From: Amphiscolops sp. MND2022
Taxonomy: Eukaryota
DNA: 64,000 nucleotides
Assembly: GCA_964187785.1 (NCBI GenBank)
Contig: OZ076409.1
Span: 98,024,001 to 98,088,000 of the forward strand
Direction of reading: 5' to 3'
Shown: piece after piece, positions 13,601-25,739 of the stretch
Numbering within the stretch: position 1 is the stretch's first letter
Layout of the letters: each line of letters begins with the position of its first letter
Program-made: the position numbers and the translations under genes
Notes under the pieces: model-generated
Told to the model about the DNA's origin: nothing
The model's database searches: none
Seen by the model: the letters and a program-made list of their open reading frames with translations, nothing else

Positions 13601-16600
13601 TTATAAAAGTAAAGGTTTCTAATTTAGTTCTAAGTCTTTTTGTTTCAATATTTTCACAAAATATTTTCAAAAAAATAAGTGAGGGCACAGAAAAGAACCG
13701 CGAAAGCGATGTAATATCCGTATAACCGCCGACTGAAATTTGCGTTTATCTAATTTGTCGGAAGTTTCAGCTATTTTGGTTACAAAAAGTGCTCAACTCT
13801 AACAGTGGCAAGTTTTTTGTACTGAGAGTTTCATCCGACACTAGTACAATCGAAAAAATTGTCTCTGGTGGCGGTAGTTTGCTGAGAAAAGGGAGTAACC
13901 GATCAAAATTTTCAAAAGTTCGTAATGTTTTTCAAAAAATTGCAGCTTTTGAGAACCAAAATTCGCTGAGCCAGCGTTTTCTTCCAAAAAGCGCCGCTTA
14001 AGCGTAAGCGTGCCAGTCATAAGCGCAACAAATGATAAGCGCGTTTTTTGGGAAAACCTAATTCACTGCTCAGGACAAACTTGAAATTGAACTTGGATAA
14101 AGGAGAATAAGTGATCATTACTTTTCGGAGTCACTCCTTTGAAGATGGTGAAGAAGCTCGTCTCAGCAAACTATTTTACGGTTAATCAAAACTGTCTATT
14201 TTCAAAAAAACCTCTCAATTTTAGCTACGTAAAAAAACGGAGCAACTACTCAAAAAATAAACGTGACCAGTTTCTCCATAATTTCAACTCCATAATATTG
14301 AACAAGTATGCTGTAGTGGTTAGAGAGGCCTGTGTGGCAATGACAGATTTCGTCCCGTTTATAGTTTCCGACCCCACATTTTATAAATGGGAAAATCATT
14401 TTTATAAATGGGAAAATCATTTTTATAAATGGAAAATCATGATCTGTGACGCGTTTTTTTCCAAATTTTGCCAAATCTCCACAACCTCCACCTTTTGATT
14501 ACTTGACTATTTTATATAGCTATTAGTAACTAAAATAGTAAAGTAACTAAAATAGCATACAGCGCGAATAATATCTAAAGTCAAAAAAGGGAATAAGATC
14601 TAAAATTTCAGCGCGGGAATATGATCTAAGAGGAATGAGATCTAAAATCACTAAATTTTAGATCTTATTGTTTAGATCCTATTTCCCCTCCCAAAATAGC
14701 CATGGCTCAGTTGGTGAAGGCGAACAGGGCGGAAAATATCCCGGTGCTTAGCGGGCGTCTTGTTTACAATTGAAACAGATTTCGTCCCACGTCCATTTGA
14801 TTGTTAATAAATTGATTATTTTACGATAACAGTCAGCTATGTTCACATACCCCTAGTACCCTAAATGCAGGAGCGAAGCGAAGCGACGTGCCATATGGCC
14901 ATGCCTCAATGTTGCTACTTGGCGAAGGGAGCGAAGCGACCGAGCCATACAACATATATGCTAACCTCTTCAAACAATAACCTGAAAATAACCTTTCATT
15001 TTGAGGTCACATTTTGAAATTAATAAATTATACGGATTAGCACTTAATTTTGTGTATAGCCTAGAATAATTTCCCATAATCCGGGACAAAATCTGTCAAA
15101 AATGGGACGAAATCTGTCAAAAATGGGACGAAATCTGTTGAAAATGGGACGAAATCTGTTAAAATTCGACGTCGGACGAAATCCGCAACAGCCTGTATTA
15201 GGATTTCCATTCTCTCTCACCTCAACTTTGTTGCGCCTTGGCCAAGTACTTTATGTTTAATATATTATATAGAGTACTTATCCAAACAAAAGCCGCCATC
15301 AATAAAAAGTCTCACCTAGGAGGTCAAAAAAATTGGAGCCGCGGCTTGTATTCGAATAAATACGGCAATTGAATGTTTTTCGATGAAATCAAGTTTTCTG
15401 AAACGAGCACCGACACTAAGATTAAGTCTGGAGAACAAAACAAAGCTCTATGTAAAGTGAATTATGTAATATAAAGGCTATTATTTCCTTTATTATTTCT
15501 GCAACCAAATTGTGCCTTACAATCGAGAGCGGCTTTCATTTTCCAAAGAAAATGCGTTATTTTGAATTTAAAACTCGTAAATTTTTGGTGATAACGGTAG
15601 AATGTTGACGCTTTGAAATATTTGTCGAGCCAATAATGAATTTTTAAGATCGGTTGCTTTGTTTTTTTTTCAGTAGATAAGTTAGTTTTTCTAACAGCGA
15701 TAGGTTAAGGACGGAAGTTCTGTTCTATCCACTGAAATGGAAAATCATAACTTCACTGCAGGTTTGATTATTGACTGTAAAAACACCAGCAAACTGCGAT
15801 TGAAGCTTAATGGGTAGATGGATGCATCGTGTAAACACTTGCATTTAATTGCAACGAAAATTTCTGATCAATTGAACTTAGCTTTCAACGCCTGGAATTC
15901 AAAATAGAAACAAACTGCAGACAAAATAAACGAAAAATGCTGCGCCGCTAATGAGAAAAAATTTTTTACAATAGTAATTTATTAGGTTCATTTCCAGCTA
16001 TAACGACGTTAGTTATAAGTTGAAGCTTGGCTATCAAGGTAAAAAAAATGATGGTACGTTCATAAAATAATGAAGGTAACACAAATTATATTAAAAGTTG
16101 GTTGCAAATAAATGTGCAAGTTTAATATTCATACGATAAAGTTGTCATAGGTTAACAGAAACGATCCCAAAATGTCAGACTTGTTTAGATCCATCTTATC
16201 TTTTTCCTTTTTGCATTTTTATCGCAGTTTTTTCCAGACTCGGTTTTCCATTCACCAGAACCTGGAAGTAGGATTGAGACACGAAGTAAAGGCGATAGGA
16301 GTTTAACTCTCCGTCTTTAGTGACTTGCTATTTTTGACAAAAAAAAACATTTGGGAGCACAGAAAACCGCGCTAGAATAAACGGCAGACTGAATTTTTCA
16401 AGTTGCAACTAAAACAGGATGCAAAAATTACCATACAACGGCAAATACGACATACTAGCACGAAACCGCGAAAATAACAGCATTCAATTCATGTACACAG
16501 AAGCGAAAAAACCTTGACTTGGGTATATGATTTGTGCAAAAATGAACTACTTTCATTTCAAATCTATAAAAACCACATTTCGGCGGGAAAAAATCACATA

Positions 16601-19600
16601 AAAGGTCGTTTTTCAAAAACCAGCGCAGCATTTATTTGAATAAAATCCCGAATAGAAATATTTAATTATTCAGTAGTTATATCGTCTAAAACAGGCATCC
16701 ACTGTTTCCAACAAGTTTACTCAACAAGCGGGGAACGGCATAAGTCGGCGCCGCACTAAAATGGCAAAAGGACTTCAAAGTGTCAAGCATTCTCTTCCAC
16801 AGTACCCGAAAAACCCAAAAGGGGACCAAAAACGGAAAATAAAAATTTTGAACAGTCTCAGTGCTGAAAATCGCACAAGGGGGACTCTTTGGGATTTTTT
16901 AACATCTATTATTATCCTCGACAGTCACTATTATGCTCAACAGTGATTCCGTCCTCCAATGAGGACGGCGACTTTTTTAGCAATGAAAATAACGAAACGC
17001 AAAAAGTATATGGGAAAACGAAAAGTTGCCTTTCTTATCGACAATTTATTGGACAATCTGGGGTGAATTGTTATTTTTGTCAACATCGTTTTTTGCCCGA
17101 GCCACCGGCAAAAAGTAACTGAAAAGTGAAAATTAGCAAAAAAAAATCAAAAATTGCTTGTTCTCAATAACGTAACTGTTTGCTAAGTTACTGGCCCACT
17201 CCAGTATTATAGTAGGCCACCATTGGAAACGCATATAGAAGTTTCTTCAATGAAGCTTCAGTTATGAGTTTGACAGGCATTTGAAAAGCTTTCAAGCAAG
17301 TCCTTCATCCCTAGCTTAGTGTATGTATAACCATGACAAAAATAAAACGCATTCGGTGGAAAAAAATGAAAATAAAAAGAGCAACGGTGAGCAATCAGAC
17401 CTTTGTGACCTTGAGCAAGTCACTCTGAAACCACAGCTTCAAGCAGACCATTGCTTGTAATGAATCTAGATAATCAGCTAGACTTGAATCAATCTGAGGG
17501 TGATTAATTCGAAATGAGACCAACACCGAAGGAACAAAAAGAAAATTACAGAAAAACAACTCAAAAGATTCACAAAAAGTGGACCGTTCCATTAATCTTA
17601 TACATCAAAAACTATTGATTGACGTATATTTGAAAAGAATTGATTGGAGCAGTTTTGCAAAAATTGATCTTTAAGCGACATTTCCGTTACTTTCGATTGA
17701 GTATTTATCAAGCCTAAAACAAAACCGCGAACATCAGCTGCATTCGAAAAAACCTAAAAGTAGTTTTCGCTAGAAAAAACTTGAAAAAAGTGCAGAGGAG
17801 CATAGAGGAAAATATTTTGAATATCGTCATATTCTACATCTTTAAATACGTCAAAAACTGACATACCTTGTTACTTTCGAACAAGTTTTCCTCGAAAATA
17901 AACAGAATATCAAAATTCGGTTCCATTGTATTCAATCTAAATGCAGTGTTGTGCACTACTATTTTCAAAAGGATTTTTCAAGAAAAAAAAGATATATTTT
18001 CATAAAGGATCATTTAAATTGTTGCATAGTATTCAACACATATTTAAAGAATATTTCAGATCAAAATTGCAATCCTCAAAGAGTTTACAATTCTAGTCAA
18101 AAGTCGTGTCAGTCCTTCTTCACGCACAAATCAGTTGAAAAACTTCGAATGGGTGCGTTGAATGGATTATATAGACTAATTCACTCAATGCATCAATCCG
18201 AAATTGTTCATCGTATCTGGATTCTGAATAATACCCAGTAAAACTTCCCAAAAAACAAATCGAGTTGGCACAGATCTTAAATCATCTACGCTCACAGCTT
18301 TATCGACCAGGTTCATTCACTACGGTTTTTTAGTTTTTTATTTAAACTATTACTTTTCATATAAATGATTATTCCTTTAAATGAATCGCTTTTAAAGGTT
18401 GGAAAATTTATACGATCGATTAATTGTACAACACTGTCTAAATGCAGTCTTTCGATTGAGACGAATATGAAAAATTGAAAACTAGAAACTTTCTGAAAAT
18501 TGTCAAAATTCAACATCTATGCATTGCCACTTTCGCGCCTTTGTTTCTCCTCAATAAAAGCAAAACGCGAAACTACATCATTCAAAGCATAACTCTTTCT
18601 CAGAAAAAGTTTGGTTGAAAGCCAGTAGCATCCTTTTAAAAATTCATAAAATTTAGAAAAAAAATTGAAAAATGAGGTTGCTGAAAAAATGACGATTTTT
18701 AATAATTCTTCGGACATTTTTTCGGATATTTATACTACGTGCAGCACTCTTCAACATACGTCATTGGGGGTATTATTGGAGAAAAAACTTGGAAAAATAA
18801 CAATAGTAAAATTTGTATCAAGACTAAACTGCATAAGGGGTGTTGCTCTGTTAAAATATGAATCGTTCACACTTGTTTAAGCAAGAATAAGTAAGCTCTG
18901 GGGAAAATGACGGGAACAAATTGACAGAACTAGTCGCAATAGAATAATAACAATGACGTCTTTTCAATAAGATAGACGGCAGATGATGGTAAGGTGAATG
19001 GCACTTTTGTTGCGTCCGTCTTGTAATGTGCTAAAAAAGTGTGTTATTTTGATGAAAGTGAAGCCATAACTACTGACATCCCCACAATAATCAATATCGA
19101 TTTTTCCACCTTTCCGTATTTTTTCTACTGCTGTCTTCAATAATATTGAGGGGAGCAAGCAAAACAGCAACGAGTAAATATGCAAGTGTGGCTTTTGCTT
19201 GTTTAAATTTTGCAGCGTAAACAAATTGTTCTTATTTTCCCGTCTTCTTTGCCATTAGTACTTCATACTCCACTTCCCGTGCTATGGGTTTTAACAGGAA
19301 AAACAAGTTTTCCATTCTTCTTCCACGACGGGGCATCCTAGATTTTAGATGAAAAATGGTATTGGGTAACGGTAATAGTAGTTTTCCCAGGAAGTCATCA
19401 CTACAGTATATTATACGTTTATTATAAAAACGTTATAACCTAGCAAGTTGAACAACCAGCCGTTTGCCCAACATAACGTTTGCTATTCAATTCGATTCGC
19501 AGCTAGCAATTTAAGAAAAAAGCTGTTTTCACAATGCGAAAACCAACAAAAACGATGAAATACAATCGCAAAAGACAAGAGCGCAAATTTTCTACGGCTT

Positions 19601-20176
19601 CCTTTCAGTACTGACAGTTTCGAATCAGCAAAACAAAGCTATTGTTGAAAGAATATATTTGCGTTTTCACTTGAAACTGGCGTTGAAACGCTGCAGAAAA
19701 TTTAAAAAAATTTTTTGCAGCGAAGCTTCAGATGTCAAGGCTAAATTGGCGGACGTTTTGCCTTCATTATACTATTTTCGGAGCTGAAATCGCAAAAGTG
19801 CTCAAGAAGGAATTATTGCAATAAATGGAAAATGTTAGATAAAAATGGGGGTCAAAAACGGATAACGACAAAATCGGTTTCAATGACGAGGAAAAATTCT
19901 TAAACTTAATTAATAAAAAGCATGAGATGTGTACATTGCGTAATCAAAAAATCATTCAATCTAAATTGAAAATAGGCCCCTGTAGGGCACAGTAATATTT
20001 CTGCTTTAGGATACAATAACCATCAACTGCAAAGTACAACAATAAAATCATAAATGTATCAAATAACTAACTTTTCGCTAATTACTCAACATCAAAGCAA
20101 CAATTTATATCTGGAAATTTAAAAACAAAGATAACTGCCTTTTCAGGGGAGTTAAAACCTTATACTGCAATTTAAA

Positions 20177-20717
20177 AACAAAACGGGAACGTCTAAAGTC
20201 GGCGCTATAACTAAGGCTCAAAAGGCGCAAAGTTTTCAAAATTGTAAAAGGGGGGATCCTTTAGACTTTTTCAAAATCCATTTTGTTGCAAAATATCAAA
20301 AAAATTGCCGATAAAAAAAACGAAAAATGAGATTTTTGAAACAGTCTCATAGTGCCGAAAAACCTAAAAGGGAGACCCTTTGGGCTTTTTGTAACTTGCA
20401 AAAAAATTAAAAAAACTTGAAAGGGGACCCTGTGGAGACAAAAAAAAATCGAAAAAAGTCGCACAGTGCCGAAAAAATTCAAAGGGGGGACCCTGTAGTC
20501 CCGTCCGGTTTTGTATCTTACGTTAAAAATTGAGTACATGAAAGGGTGACCCTTTGCAGTAACTTAGATGCGTTTCCGCTTGCCGGACCAGTAGTTTAGT
20601 AGTTCTGTAGAAAAAGTGTCCACTACGCATACATTCTGTGGTCTGACGAGAAAAAAAAGAAAAAAAACTTGCCACTGTAATAGTCGGGCTCATTTTGGTT
20701 AAATGCGCCGACTAAAA
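20177..20717 (-). mobile_element. Helentron/DINE-1-like family A copy
   Basis: Reverse orientation: ACGGGAACGTCTAAAGTCGGCGCT head and GCGCCGACTAAAA tail. Confidence 0.65.
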
Positions 20718-20849
20718 CTAGAAAATAGGAGTACTGCGATTCAATGCAACGAACCGATTTTATTCGTTTTTTTCAAGAGAGCAGTTGCACTGTGGAATAT
20801 CATGCCAAAAGCTTTCAAAATGAAAAAGTACGGTTGTCACTGCTAAGCA

Positions 20850-21299
20850 AACAAGCCGGGACAGGCCCAAGTGGGCGCCATATCCAAGGCTCAAAAATAG
20901 CAAAAGGACATCAAAGTTTCAAAGTATTCTCTTCTACAGCACTAAATTTTTTTTGAAAAAAGTCTCAACGCCGAAAAAAAATTGAAAGGGGGGACCCTTT
21001 GGGATTTTTCTATACCCAGTCTGTCGCAAAACCCAAAAAAAATGAAGGGGGACCCTTTGGGCAAAATTTTTTTTTCCGAAAAAAAGTCTCGCAATGCCGA
21101 AAAAAACTGAAAGGGGGACCCTTTGGTCTCGTCCGGCATTGTATGTTATGCGGGAAACTTTTTGGTTCTGTTCCCTGGGCCAACAGGTGAAATTTGAAAT
21201 TTTGTAGAACTTTTGGTCAGTTCAGGTGATCTTAAAAAACACTGACGAAAAGCCATGACTATAGTCGACTCTTTTCTCTAGAAAAGCGCCGACTAAAAA
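20850..21299 (-). mobile_element. Helentron/DINE-1-like family A copy
   Basis: AACAAGCCGGGACAGGCCCAAGTGGGCGCC head and AGCGCCGACTAAAAA tail. Confidence 0.65.
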
Positions 21300-21400
21300 T
21301 CAAACAGCATTTCCTGATAAGATTTCAGAAAGATTTTCAGACGTGAATTAAGAAAAAAATGTTGGAGAACTTACAAGTTTAAGTGAGTAATTTTGCTTAT

Positions 21401-21876
21401 TTTTAGTCGGCGCTTTTCTTAGGAAAAGAACCCGACTATTACAGTCACTCGTTTTTTTTAAATTTAAGACAGACTCGAAGCGACGAACGTTAAAATTAAC
21501 GTTCAACTACTAAATACAGTACTAAACTACTGGACCGGTAAAGGCAAACGGGGAGCGCATTCATTTACTTTTTAAACGTTACCTACAAGCCCGGACGGGA
21601 CTAAAGGGTCCCCCCTTTCGATTTTTTTCGGCACTGTGCGACTTTTTTCGAAATTTTTTTAATGTCCCCAAAGGGTCCCCCCTTTGAGTTTTTTGTTATT
21701 TTGCTACAGAATGCGTGTTTATAAATCAAAAACGGTCCCTTTTACATTTTTCGGCTCTGTGCGACATTTTCCGAAAGAATTTTTTTTTCGAAAATTTCAA
21801 GTTTTTTTCCAAAAAAAATGTTTCGCGCTTTTTGAGCCTTAGATATAGCGCCGACTTTAGACGTTCCCGTCTTGTT
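21401..21876 (+). mobile_element. Helentron/DINE-1-like family A copy
   Basis: TTTTAGTCGGCGCT...CCCGACT 5' end; AGCGCCGACT + GACG-TTCC-CGTC hairpin + TTGTT 3' end. Confidence 0.7.
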
Positions 21877-22885
21877 ATATTATTCATCTAGAACAATGGA
21901 TAGCTACACTGCATTTTCTGTGCTACGATTGGAAAATTTATTTTAGTACTGTAACTAGAAAACGGAATTTAGTGTCTTTATCAACTATACACGGCTACCT
22001 CTCAATTTATAATAAAGCGGACAATTAATCACTGTACAAGTTTACCACGCCTTTGATTCCTCTCGGACTAAAGAAAATACAACTTCTAAGTTCGGTTCAT
22101 CACGAGAATTGAATAAACTAGCTAAATACTTGGCGTGGCCAATCAAAAAATGGACAAAATCACATTTACAGCTTCTATATCATTTCAGTTTGCGCAGAAA
22201 TATTAATGAAAACCAGCGCAATCCTTCAATTTCAAAAGACAAAAACTTGGGCGTTGGGTAGCTCTGAAACTCCATCATCTTTTACCTAGAAACTCAACAA
22301 CTGATCCGTAAGCTTCGACTAAAAACTTCAAAATTGATGCATAAAACTTAAAGCTATGTATGGGTTCCTCTGACGGATGAATTTTCAGCAATTTACTCCT
22401 TTACCTAACTAACACTTCACTTGAAAATTGAATAACCTATACTACATTTTCATTGCAAAACTGTCCAAATTACCTAACTGTCAAAAACGTTATTCTTCGA
22501 GGCTGAAAACTGCTTGGCAAGAATATTGAATTATATTTCAAAAAAACTAAAAAACCTAATAATTAATAATCATATCAGTGATTCTTCCAAGCAATTAATC
22601 ATAAAATTAATTTCAATCATCAAATTCCATGATTGATATTATCGGTCGTGTAACCACCAATCATGTCAGCAGAAGATTTCAGGTCACATTGCCAAGTGTA
22701 AGGTCAGGTCAGATTGCAAAATGTCAGTGAGTCGTCATTATCATTCTTCATTCGTTCGAGGTCTGTCCAATCGGCTACCAGGTCAACTCCGACAGGATAC
22801 GACAGGCCGACGAAAAAAGTCTAGAGATGTCCATTTAGTTAATGAATGAAATCAGGTTGAAGTTGAACATAAACCAAAAGGTTGG

Positions 22886-23350
22886 GCGACAATTCGTTCC
22901 AAGCGACAATTCGTCCCAAATTCCAAAAAGCGACAATTCGTCCTAAGTGTCAATTCGTCCCATTTTGAAAAAGGCGACAATTCGTCCCATTTGTAAAAAG
23001 CGACAATTCGTCCTAAATTGTTGAATTGATCAGCTAATTACCAACCTTTTGAAGGTTGAAACGAAAGAAATAATCAAACCAACTACAAATGAATTCATTC
23101 AACCACGTGACAATAATTAAAAAATGTTGCATTTTAACGTACTAGTTGTGGAATGTTAAAATTAATTGTTGGCACCTGCCTCTAATTGTGATCTTTCCGG
23201 ATTCATTATTACAAAGGTCTTTATTGGCAATTAAATTGGGGACAAATTGCAGCTTTTAATAATTGGGACGAATTGTCGCTTTTTCAAAATGGTACGAATT
23301 GTTGCTTGGGACGAATTGTCGCTTTTTGGAGTTTGGGACGAATTGTCGCT
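22886..23350. mobile_element. Foldback-like element with inverted tandem arms (GCGACAATTCGTCCC / GGGACGAATTGTCGC)
   Basis: About 6 copies at 22886-23013 mirrored by about 5 reverse-complement copies at 23238-23350. Confidence 0.7.
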
Positions 23351-23717
23351 TTGCGAAACCAGAAGCTGCAGATCAGTTCCAACAATTCAATTAAGTGTAT
23401 CGCATTTTTCATTGCAATTGACGCACGCGTTTTGAAACTTCAAATACCCACTATTCTGAAAAATCAACTTAACCTCGACAGTGATTTCGTCCTCAAAAAA
23501 TACGAAACACAAAAAAAAACAGGAAAACGGAAATTATTCTTTAATTAGTCCAATTAAAAACCATTTTCAAAGTTTCAATTAGAAACCATTTTCAAAAAGT
23601 TTTGTGCAAAAATGGACATCGTGGGTCACCTCGTAGATTTGCATCTTTTCGAGGTCAATTCAGGTCAGGTGAGGTCAGTTCAGGTGAGGTCAGGTCACGT
23701 GGTTGTTTGGTCGTGGG

Positions 23718-23900
23718 TCAGAGCACCTCAATGTCAACGTGTCTGACCTCCGGGTAGCTGTCGCGCAGTTTCTTCTCCAGTCTGTCGACCTCCTCCCCCA
23801 ACTGGTCCACCACCCCCTCCCCATGGGTGAGTAGGAACTGCTCCAGGGCCTTCACGTCCTGCACTTTCTTCACCTCTTCCAGCACAGCTTCGAGGTCAAC
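23718..23900 (-). CDS. SLC30A9: SLC30A9/ZnT9 last coding exon (not in the ORF track)
   Basis: Acceptor cttacttgtag|GTT. Reads VDLEAVLEEVKKVQDVKALEQFLLTHGEGVVDQLGEEVDRLEKKLRDSYPEVRHVDIEVL*, matching the ZnT9 C-terminus (..HGE..D.LG.EVDRLE...PEVRHVDLE.L). Confidence 0.93.
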   Translation of the reverse strand, partial: VDLEAVLEEVKKVQDVKALEQFLLTHGEGVVDQLGEEVDRLEKKLRDSYPEVRHVDIEVL

Positions 23901-23914
23901 CTACAAGTAAGCAG

Positions 23915-24262
23915 CAGGGTTTTGACATCGCTAATTTCTTTTGCTAAACCGGTAATTTCAAAATCGCTATTTCGCTGAAAAACTTTTTATGCAAACTATT
24001 AAATGTTCAACTTCAAGTATGTTTCAAAAATAATTGATAACTTAATTCAGTTTTGTTCGAGGAAAAAGTCTAGCGTTTTTCATACTGTGTGGGTTTTGCC
24101 AAGGTAAGAGTTGGAATTTCTCGAAATCCACTTCGAAACTCCGTGTATACTTTTAGTACTTTTAGCAAAATCAGCTTCTATTAGTTACCGCTATTTTGAA
24201 TCGCTAATGAAATCGCTGAAAAGTTCATGCGCGGCCGCTAATTCGCTAAATCGCTGATTAAT
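23915..24262. mobile_element. hAT-type MITE (CAG(A/G)GTTTTGACATCGCTA family), right end degenerate
   Basis: Starts CAGGGTTTTGACATCGCTA; body similar to 40051-40387, ~33767-34075 and ~1030-1231. Confidence 0.6.
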
Positions 24263-25739
24263 TGTATTCGCTATCGCAGGAATAATTGTAATGGTTTGAG
24301 AAAAACTTTTCTACTAACAGGAGTAAATTATTTCCATTTTGACGTTGAGAAAAATGTTGGTCAAAAACTTAGCGATATCTAAAACTGATACGGATTGATA
24401 AACTTATTGACGATATATTCACTATTCGTTAAATTGTTCCTTCACCTCGGGGACCTAAAAATGCAATAACAACCCAAGCTTTCTCAGTTTCTGGGATTCC
24501 TTCTATCGACCCAATTGATAAGTTGGACAAAAACTCAGCGATATCTAAAACTTATTTTGAAAAAGGGACCGTGCGTACTGAAACCCATTTTCCTGTTGGA
24601 AAAAGTTGAAGACGGTGTCGTATACGCTGCAAGCTGCAGAGCCTCCTAGCAGTGTCACTAACTGTCCCATATAAATGAATATTGTAAAGCTTGGTACAGG
24701 ACTGTGATTGAGAAATCGTCCCCCTATGCGTTGAGCGTCGTTATCAACCAATTAGAATAGCTTATTTGCTCTCACTTTCAATTCTGATTGGCGCATCGAG
24801 TGAAATCGCAGGCGCAGAAAGAACATTTCTGCTATTTTTCCAATTTTGGGCAGGTTTTTTGAATTTTTTTTCTGGAAACTTCAAATTCATCGGATTCTGC
24901 AGATTGTCTAGAATTCAATGATATATTTTTGTTTCAAGGACATTCCAAACGAAAATAAAATTGCGAAACGGTAATTTCCTATCTTAATAGAACGACGAAA
25001 TTTTAGCTGTCGAGCATTATATTTTGAAAATAGGCCCCTCCGGGGCACACCATTATTTCTGCTTTTATACCCTTTCAGAAGCAAAAAAACGATAGCCAGA
25101 AAAACTATTTCCAAGACAAAAGAGAAGTCAGCAAAAGTAAAAAATAATGACGGAGTGAGCTAGTTAATTTCAAGAACAATTGATTAAAACAGTATTGCAG
25201 TAATTACATACCACGTAGAGAAATTGTACAATTTACATGTGATACCGCCATATAGTCAGTGTAGAGGTATTTAAATCGAAGAGGGAAGAAAAGTGAAGAT
25301 TGGAATCGAATCGAATCAGGACTTGTGCAAGAGATTTTGAGTGTCTATTGGAGTCTAGGGTTAACCTCAACCCGATTCTTGAAGAGTAGAGCTGTAACGG
25401 TCTACCTGCTTCAAGAGAGGTCAACCAATACTAAGAACCCAGTAGACACTCGTACTGTGCAGGCTGGGTTAGGCCCGTCTTACCCAGTACATTGTGTCTA
25501 CATCATGGGAGTAGTGAAATTACCAAATAGCAAATCAGAGGAAGACAAAATTTGCACAAGGAACCGAAAGAATAATCAATAAAAACTGAAAAATACTAAA
25601 CAAAACCATTTTATAAGACAAAGACAAACTATTCACCAAAATGCCTCAAATAAGCGATATTTTTTCAATCGAACATAGCAGGTCCCTTAAAAAATTACTC
25701 GAAACGAATACCTTTGGAGAGTTACTCATTCAAAAAACT

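Larger units (their letters stand above)
10708..14106. repeat. 1515-bp tandem duplication (~2.25 copies) of a composite of transposon fragments
   Basis: Identical ORFs offset by exactly 1515 (11018/12533, 11125/12640, 11940/13455, 12274/13789). Identity ends at GGATAAAGGAG ~14106; the first ~210 bp of copy 1 is diverged. Confidence 0.93.

Noticed and set aside
10729..14001. Duplicated small ORFs as a gene cluster
   Set aside because: They lie in transposon fragments within the 1515-bp duplication and show no protein-like features.
17600..19960. Possible decayed coding sequence
   Set aside because: No recognisable motifs or consistent splice signals; cannot be supported without a search.
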